Shown piece by piece: positions 58,404-64,000 of a stretch of DNA of 64,000 nt. Position numbers and translations under genes: made by a program. The stretch lies in contig JAMCRP010000001.1 of assembly GCA_023380635.1 (NCBI GenBank), forward strand, positions 22,613 to 86,612, given 5' to 3'. Source of the stretch: Patescibacteria group bacterium. GTDB taxonomy: Bacteria; Patescibacteriota; Microgenomatia; JAMCZE01. The notes beneath the pieces were generated by a model. That model saw only the letters and a list, made by a program, of their open reading frames with translations, did not search any database and was not told the origin of the DNA. Every line of letters begins with the position of its first letter. Within the stretch, counting starts at the first letter, position 1.

Positions 58404-60372
58404 GTTTTTCTTTAAGGCTTTTCAGGATTTTAGTTTTAACTTCTGCCACCTCTTTATCAGTGAGGTTTTTAGTCGGGTCAAGGTAGGTGATCCGGAAAGT
58501 TTTGCTGCTTTCGTGTTGGTCAATCATCTCAACACTGGAAACTAGTTTATTTTCTTTAATAATATCAACTACTTCCCCGACCAAAACTTTATCGGGAATG
58601 ACCAGCGACACATCTTCGATCACCGGCGGATATTTGGAAATCGGAGAATACACTTTATTAGTGTTGGCAGTTTTGTACAAAATATCTCTGTTTAAACTCC
58701 AATAAGTAGTTCGGGAATTAATGCCAAATTTCGCCAACAATCTCGGGTGAATTTCAAAAATAAATCCGATTGTCTTCTTTTCGATTTGAACCCAGGCTGT
58801 CCTCCCCGGATGGGTCCAACTATCCGGCTCAGCAGGAACTATTTCAAAATCAATACCAAGTTGATCAAGGACATTCTCGATAATTCCTTTAGCCTGATAA
58901 AATTTTTCTCCGGAAAGAATGGCATCAACCCAGAGTTCCTCCGTAGCTTTGTCGCAGGAATCTCCTCGATATATTTTTCCCATTTCGTATAGTCTGATGT
59001 CTGAAAAATTAGGAAGGTTAAGTTTTAAAGATTCGAGTAAATTTCCAATAAGCACTGGCCGCAGATATTCATATTCTTTGGAAATGGGATTGTCGACACG
59101 TAAAGTTTTACTTGGATTTATCCCCAATTTATTTAATTGCTCTTCAGAAATTAAAGAGTAAGAATATATTTCGCTGTACCCGGCGCCCTTGAGAATTTGT
59201 TTAATTTGATAGTCAAAATCGTAGTCGTGGACGTAGGCGACCTTGGTGGTGGGTACCGGCGAAGCTGGTAAGGTTTTAGGGAAACTGTTATAGCCGATCA
59301 TTCGCCCGACCTCTTCAACCAAATCCTCTTCAATGTGCAAATCATTTCTGAAAGTCGGAATTTCAATGGAGTACATTGTTCCATTGCTCAATTGTCTCAT
59401 TGCTGTTTTCAGTTCCAGACTTTCCCAAATCTCCTTGGCTTTTTCCGGTTTGACCGGGATGCCCAATACTCTTTCCAGATGTTCGTGGCTAACTTCCACT
59501 GTCCAGGACGGGAACGGTTTTTCAGGCACATCCATTAAGGGTGAAGCCACTTCTCCGCCGGCTAATTCGAGTATCAGTTCCAGGGCTTTTAGGACAGCTT
59601 TGGTAGTACCATTTGGGTCAACGCCCCGTTCTGAGACCGCCGAAGAATCACTGCGCAGCCCCAGGGCTTGGGAAACCCGCCGGGTCAGAACCGGATCGCA
59701 GACAATGGAATGCAGTAAAACATTTTTTGTTTCGGCACTGACCGCCGTATTTTCGCCGCCTTTTAGTGGAGGCAGGTCAATTACCCGGCCAAGATCTTTA
59801 ATGACAATGGCGTCCTTTGGTAGACGATAATTAATACCATCTAAACTACGAAACTCCTCTCCGCCCTTAGCTAACTCTACTGACATGGTGTGGCCGCGGA
59901 TTTTATCGTAATCGAAAACATGGAGGGGATTGCCATAAAGCCAAAGGACATAGTTGGTAATATCGACGAGATTGTTAATCGGCCGCAAACCAATCTGTTT
60001 AATTCTTTTTTGCAGCCATTCTGGCGAACTTTTTACTTTAACGTTTCGAATAATCACGGTCGAGGTCTTCGGGCAAATTTTTAAATCCTCTTTATACTTT
60101 ATCTCGAGCGGATTCTTCACCTTGTCTGGTGGCGCTATCAGTTTTGGGGCGGTATATTTTGTTCCTGTAGCCGCGGCAACTTCCCGGGCGATGCCCGTGA
60201 TACTCATCCAGTCTCCCCTGTTTGGTGTCACTTCCGGGTCAAAAATAATGTCCCCTTCAACCTCCCTCCAAGTTTCAATAGTTAGTCCGACTTCCGACAT
60301 CCGCTCCGCGAGTTTCGGAAACGGCATTTTGATGTCGACGTATTCTTTCAACCAACTAAGCGGTATTAGCAT
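58381..60372 (-). CDS. pheT: Phenylalanine--tRNA ligase beta subunit (short form lacking the N-terminal tRNA-binding domain)
   Basis: B3/B4 and B5 domains, C-terminal FDX-ACB-like domain; positioned directly after pheS; 663 aa. Confidence 0.9.
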   Translation of the reverse strand: MLIPLSWLKEYVDIKMPFPKLAERMSEVGLTIETWREVEGDIIFDPEVTPNRGDWMSITGIAREVAAATGTKYTAPKLIAPPDKVKNPLEIKYKEDLKICPKTSTVIIRNVKVKSSPEWLQKRIKQIGLRPINNLVDITNYVLWLYGNPLHVFDYDKIRGHTMSVELAKGGEEFRSLDGINYRLPKDAIVIKDLGRVIDLPPLKGGENTAVSAETKNVLLHSIVCDPVLTRRVSQALGLRSDSSAVSERGVDPNGTTKAVLKALELILELAGGEVASPLMDVPEKPFPSWTVEVSHEHLERVLGIPVKPEKAKEIWESLELKTAMRQLSNGTMYSIEIPTFRNDLHIEEDLVEEVGRMIGYNSFPKTLPASPVPTTKVAYVHDYDFDYQIKQILKGAGYSEIYSYSLISEEQLNKLGINPSKTLRVDNPISKEYEYLRPVLIGNLLESLKLNLPNFSDIRLYEMGKIYRGDSCDKATEELWVDAILSGEKFYQAKGIIENVLDQLGIDFEIVPAEPDSWTHPGRTAWVQIEKKTIGFIFEIHPRLLAKFGINSRTTYWSLNRDILYKTANTNKVYSPISKYPPVIEDVSLVIPDKVLVGEVVDIIKENKLVSSVEMIDQHESSKTFRITYLDPTKNLTDKEVAEVKTKILKSLKEKLKVSPKS

Positions 60373-60373
60373 A

Positions 60374-61387
60374 TTAGAATTGTTTCAAAATCCGTAAATC
60401 AGGATTAGTCAAGGCGCGAATGTCGTCTATTTGAAATCGCATAAGGGCCAGGCGGGTCAGACCCATACCAAAAGCAAACCCCGACCACTCTTTGGGATCT
60501 ATTCCTGCCATTCTAAGAACATTGGGGTGTACCATTCCCGCGCCTAGGATTTCCATCCAAGAACCATTCGGTCGTTTCGCCACAACTTCAATTCCTGGCT
60601 CAACGAAGGAGAAATTTGTAGTCCAAACTTTGTACTCTATTCCGGGTAGTAACCCCTGCAGGACATAATCAAGCGTTCCAAGTAGATGGGTCATGTTAAT
60701 ACCTTTATCAATAGCAAATCCTTCAAACTGCCAGAATTCGTAAGAGTGAGTGGCATCTAAATCATCAACACGAAAACATTTTCCGGGAACAAGGACACGC
60801 ATTGGGGGCTTTGTTTTCTCATATACACGTGACTGCATGTTGGTAGTTTGGGTTCGTAGAACCATTTCTCCGGGTTGAATTTTACTGTTGCGGCAATCGA
60901 GATAAAAAGATGCTTGGGTGTCTCGTGAGGGCGCATTTTTGGGCATATTAGCTCTTTCAAAATTATACAAATCACTTTCAATCTCCGGTCCCATAACGAC
61001 CTGATAACCTAGTTTATTGGTGATTTTAATAACTTCATTTAAAATTTGAGTCAATGGATGTAAGTGGCCTTCCGGAGGGTATATCGCCGGGGCCGTGACA
61101 TCCAGCCATTCGGTTTTGGCGATGTTGGCCTCTTTGTGTTTTTGCAGGGTTGTTCCCTGCGAAGCTAAAGCATCTTCAATGGCGTTTTTGACTTCGTTGG
61201 CAAACCGGCCCACGATAGCCCGCTCCCCTTCCGGCAAGGAGGGGATCGATTTCATTATTAAGGTCAGCTTGCCCTTGGATTTGCCCAGATATTCCACCCG
61301 GATTTCTTCCAGGGTGGCGCTATCTTGAGCCGTCAAAATCTGGGCCAAAGCCTCGTTTTTGATGTCTATAAGTTTATCTTGCACCAT
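60374..61387 (-). CDS. pheS: Phenylalanine--tRNA ligase alpha subunit
   Basis: Class II motifs (motif 2 FRVDDLDATHSYEFWQFEG region, motif 3 GFAFGMGLTRLAL); 337 aa. Confidence 0.9.
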   Translation of the reverse strand: MVQDKLIDIKNEALAQILTAQDSATLEEIRVEYLGKSKGKLTLIMKSIPSLPEGERAIVGRFANEVKNAIEDALASQGTTLQKHKEANIAKTEWLDVTAPAIYPPEGHLHPLTQILNEVIKITNKLGYQVVMGPEIESDLYNFERANMPKNAPSRDTQASFYLDCRNSKIQPGEMVLRTQTTNMQSRVYEKTKPPMRVLVPGKCFRVDDLDATHSYEFWQFEGFAIDKGINMTHLLGTLDYVLQGLLPGIEYKVWTTNFSFVEPGIEVVAKRPNGSWMEILGAGMVHPNVLRMAGIDPKEWSGFAFGMGLTRLALMRFQIDDIRALTNPDLRILKQF

Positions 61388-61586
61388 TTGATTTTATATT
61401 ATCTTCTTTGTTCACCGCAACGGGTTGGTGTCCCAACGGACACCATATAGAAAGCCGCCGGGCGGTAATCTCTAGGCTTTCCTTAGAGACGGCAGTTTGC
61501 CGAGCCGCTAGGTCAGATAGATGACATTTAGTACATGTTTCCGGACAACGAGCCTTAGTCCTCATATAATCACCCCCTTTACCACT

Positions 61587-61610
61587 AAAAAACCCCGCTT
61601 CTGCGGGGCT
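61587..61610 (-). terminator. Rho-independent terminator on the minus strand between the rplT-region genes and the pheS leader
   Basis: Plus-strand aaaaaa-ccccgc-ttct-gcgggg, read on the minus strand as GC stem plus U6. A second copy of the gaagcggggtt motif lies 40 nt upstream in transcript sense (61636-61648). Confidence 0.55.
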
Positions 61611-61684
61611 ATTAACGTTTTCTTTTACGTTAATCTAACCCCGCTTCCGCGAAGTAAAGAAGAACGCAAAAAAAAGTTTGCTTG

Positions 61685-62149
61685 TCATGTGTTTCTAATA
61701 CTATGCCGCCGTTTTCTTTTTGTCAACCTCTCTTTTTTATTTTCCTTTTTCTCCTTTGGGACTCTAGACATCAATTCGAAAACATGTATCCCGCAGCTTT
61801 GGGCAAAACTGCGAACACTGTTTGAGTGACACCTGACTGTGGCTGCGTCTTCAAACATTAATCTTCTAATTTCGACAACATCGCTGGCACTATATAGCCG
61901 GGCGTCATAGTTATAGATCTTCCGGCCTTTAAATCTGGTGATTTTTACTGTTTCAACTTCAGAGTCCAGCATTTGTCCATAACGGGCGATAGTGCCGGGA
62001 GTAATTCCATGACCGAATCTAATGGCGAGATCCACGGCAGTGGCTGGTTTTTCTTCCGGGTCTTCTCTTACCGGTATTTTTAACCCGGAAACGGGATCAA
62101 GGAAAACTTTACTGGTTGCGGGAATTTCAGCAGTCAAATGCTTAGCCAA
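61685..62149 (-). CDS. Hypothetical protein inserted between rplT and pheS; basic Lys/Arg-rich C-terminus; possible KilA-N/ORF6N-like DNA-binding fold (weak)
   Basis: 154-aa ORF overlapping the rplT start by 8 nt; no firm motif. Weak resemblance of KIPVRED...AVDLAIRFGHG to phage Bro-N/KilA-N-type domains. Confidence 0.4.
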   Translation of the reverse strand: MAKHLTAEIPATSKVFLDPVSGLKIPVREDPEEKPATAVDLAIRFGHGITPGTIARYGQMLDSEVETVKITRFKGRKIYNYDARLYSASDVVEIRRLMFEDAATVRCHSNSVRSFAQSCGIHVFELMSRVPKEKKENKKERLTKRKRRHSIRNT

Positions 62150-62486
62150 TTTTTTTAATTAGTTCCGCAAAAGCTTGGGGTTGTTCGGTGGCCAATTGAG
62201 CCATAACCTTACGGTCGAGATCGATTTTAGCGACCTTTAGTTTATGAATGAAAGTGCTGTAGCTTAGGCCGTTGAGTTTCAGAGATTCGTTAATATGAAG
62301 AATCCAGTCGCGGCGCATAACGCCTTTTTTGTCTTTGCGTCCGGCATAAGCGTATTGCCCGGCATGTAAGACTGCCTCTTTAGCTTTACGCACCAGGCGA
62401 TGACGGGTCATCCAGTAACCCTTGGCCTGGCTTTTAAGCTTTTTGTGCTTTGCGTGGGAAGTTAATCCCCTTTTGACTCTGGCCAT
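62142..62486 (-). CDS. rplT: 50S ribosomal protein L20
   Basis: MARVKRGLTSHAKHKKLKSQAKGYWMTRHRLVRKAKEAVLHAGQYAYAGRKDKK is canonical L20; 114 aa. Confidence 0.9.
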   Translation of the reverse strand: MARVKRGLTSHAKHKKLKSQAKGYWMTRHRLVRKAKEAVLHAGQYAYAGRKDKKGVMRRDWILHINESLKLNGLSYSTFIHKLKVAKIDLDRKVMAQLATEQPQAFAELIKKIG

Positions 62487-62615
62487 ATTTTTTTAAATTC
62501 AGCTTGATTTTATCAACTATCGGCCTAAACCTCAAGTAGTGATTGTAGGCTCTGGCGGACATCTCCGCCGCCCTTTGCCCGGCGTCTTTTTTGAAATTTA
62601 CAAAGAAACGGCGCA

Positions 62616-62810
62616 TTAGACTGCGAGTAATTTCTTAAGTTTTTTTTCTAAAACACCAACGACCTGAATGGGAACTTTACCGCGCCTGATGTTGGCGCGG
62701 CTCTTGGTCGCCTTCAAATGTCGCTGGCCGATCTTGCGGCGCATTATTTTTCCGTTCGCGGAAACCTTAAAGCGGTCCCTGACGGTCTTGGACATTTTCA
62801 TTTTTGGCAT
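62616..62810 (-). CDS. rpmI: 50S ribosomal protein L35
   Basis: MPKMKMSKTVRDRFKVSANGKIMRRKIGQRHLKATKS is canonical L35; 64 aa. Confidence 0.85.
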   Translation of the reverse strand: MPKMKMSKTVRDRFKVSANGKIMRRKIGQRHLKATKSRANIRRGKVPIQVVGVLEKKLKKLLAV

Positions 62811-62812
62811 AG

Positions 62813-63325
62813 CTACTTAATAGGACTAAAGGTGATAACTAACTGTTTACCTTCAAACTTCGCTTCGCGTTCCACTCTGGCTTTGTCTTTCAGGACTTCT
62901 TTAAACTGGGCAAAAATTTTATGTCCGAATTCAGGGTGGGCTAACTGACGCCCCGAAAACTTAATGCTTATTTTAACATTAAAACCTTCCGCCAGGAAGT
63001 CGGCAGTTTTTCTGATCCTGGCCTCAACATCAGCTGAAGCGGCAAACGGACTGCCGACCCGAATTTCTTTCGTGCCTGTCCCTCTTTGGCCTTTTCTGGC
63101 TTCCGCTTCTTTCTTCTGTTCCTGATATAAAAACTTTTTATAGTCGATGATCTTTGCTACTGGCGGGTTGGCGGCTTCTCCGATTAAAACCAAGTCAGAC
63201 CCTTGACCCAAAGCGTAGTCCAGGGCTTCTTCCCGACTAAAAATCCCCACCTGTTTGCCTTCTTCTGAGATTAGGCGCACTTGGGGGACGGTTATTTGGC
63301 TGTTAACTTTGTACTGTTTTAGCAA
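62813..63325 (-). CDS. infC: Translation initiation factor IF-3
   Basis: VRLISEEGKQVGIFSREEALDYALGQGSDLVLIGEAANPPVAKIIDYKKFLYQ N-domain and C-domain VKEIRVGSPFAASADVEARI; true start may be a non-ATG codon slightly upstream; 170 aa. Confidence 0.85.
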   Translation of the reverse strand: MLKQYKVNSQITVPQVRLISEEGKQVGIFSREEALDYALGQGSDLVLIGEAANPPVAKIIDYKKFLYQEQKKEAEARKGQRGTGTKEIRVGSPFAASADVEARIRKTADFLAEGFNVKISIKFSGRQLAHPEFGHKIFAQFKEVLKDKARVEREAKFEGKQLVITFSPIK

Positions 63326-64000
63326 TTTTTTTCTCTTTGATTTCTATTTTAAGGTCTTCCAGGAACTTTTTCAATGGCAGACTTCCCAGGTCACCTTTGT
63401 CTCTGGAGCGTACGGACACGGTTTTTTCCTCTACTTCCTTGTCTCCAATTACCAGCATATACGGCACTTTTTGCATCTGGGCGTCGCGGATTTTTGCCCC
63501 TAATTTCTCGGATCTGTCGTCCAGTTCAGCCCTGACACCGACCGATTCTAAAGCGACTTTAACGGACCGGGCGTAGTCCAGGTGTCTATCGGCTATCGGA
63601 AGTACTTCTGCCTGCACCGGCGCCAGCCAGGTTGGCAAATTTCCGGATAGGTGTTCCAGCATTATGCCAACAAACCTTTCCAGTGAGCCATATATCACGC
63701 GGTGAATCACTGCAGGTGTCTTTTGAGAACCATTTGCGGCCGAATATTTGAGGTTAAAACGCAACGGCATTTGAAAGTCGAGTTGAATTGTTCCCGTTTG
63801 CCACTCGCGTCCCAAGGCGTCTTTCATTAGAATATCGATTTTTGGTCCGTAGAAAGCACCTTCGTTTTCGCCGATGAAATACTCATGGCCGGAATCCTTG
63901 ACGATCTTTTCCAATATTGCCTCGGCTTTGTCCCAAACCTTAGGATCGCCCATCAAATCGTCCGGCCTGGTGCCCAAGCGAAAACGATATTCCATACCAA
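63303..64000 (-). CDS. thrS: Threonine--tRNA ligase, C-terminal part (catalytic core end + anticodon-binding domain); N-terminus beyond window end
   Basis: Class II motif 3 region (GSLERFVGIMLEH), anticodon-binding domain (VLPIADRHLDYARSVKVALESVGVRAELDD...YMLVIGDKEV); frame open to 64000. Confidence 0.85.
   Translation of the reverse strand, partial: GMEYRFRLGTRPDDLMGDPKVWDKAEAILEKIVKDSGHEYFIGENEGAFYGPKIDILMKDALGREWQTGTIQLDFQMPLRFNLKYSAANGSQKTPAVIHRVIYGSLERFVGIMLEHLSGNLPTWLAPVQAEVLPIADRHLDYARSVKVALESVGVRAELDDRSEKLGAKIRDAQMQKVPYMLVIGDKEVEEKTVSVRSRDKGDLGSLPLKKFLEDLKIEIKEKKIAKTVQS

Noticed and set aside
61374-61565. 63-aa minus-strand ORF in the pheS leader
   Set aside because: No Phe-rich leader-peptide character and no RBS. 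More likely non-coding leader RNA.
62434-62616. 60-aa minus-strand ORF between rpmI and rplT
   Set aside because: Overlaps the rplT 5' region out of frame. Basic low-complexity translation. Likely spurious.

Overview
The window looks like a reduced, compact bacterial genome of the Candidate Phyla Radiation / Patescibacteria type (inference). Genes are short and tightly packed, pheT is shortened, and there is a type IV pilus (T4P) system with no secretin. Housekeeping genes are recognisable by motif: dnaB, gyrA, gyrB, recG, ruvC, yebC, efp, tgt, rnc, nusB, tyrS, pheST, the thrS-infC-rpmI-rplT operon, rpsP, a class A PBP, a membrane H+-pyrophosphatase, a Kef-type antiporter, a MacAB-like ABC efflux operon, a Xer-type tyrosine recombinase and a tRNA-Leu(CAA). 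The main accessory content is a complete T4P locus at 35.5-47.0 kb: pilB, pilT, pilC, four tandem pilin genes, pilD, four minor pilins including a PilX-like gene, and pilM, pilN, pilO. Very large secreted Cys/Thr-rich surface proteins flank it on both sides. Two of these (31773-33761 and 47477-49453) are diverged paralogs that share an exactly identical ~1.0 kb tract, which points to gene conversion or an assembly artefact. Other notable items: a NusB protein with an ACP-like C-terminal domain; an Lgt-like membrane domain fused to a DksA/TraR zinc finger; an orphan Rad52-family annealing protein beside the tRNA; an ORF-free ~0.9 kb region upstream of the Xer recombinase; an extra hypothetical gene plus an intrinsic terminator inside the conserved rplT-pheST region; and several strong inverted-repeat elements. 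All calls are from motif recognition by eye; no database searches were run.
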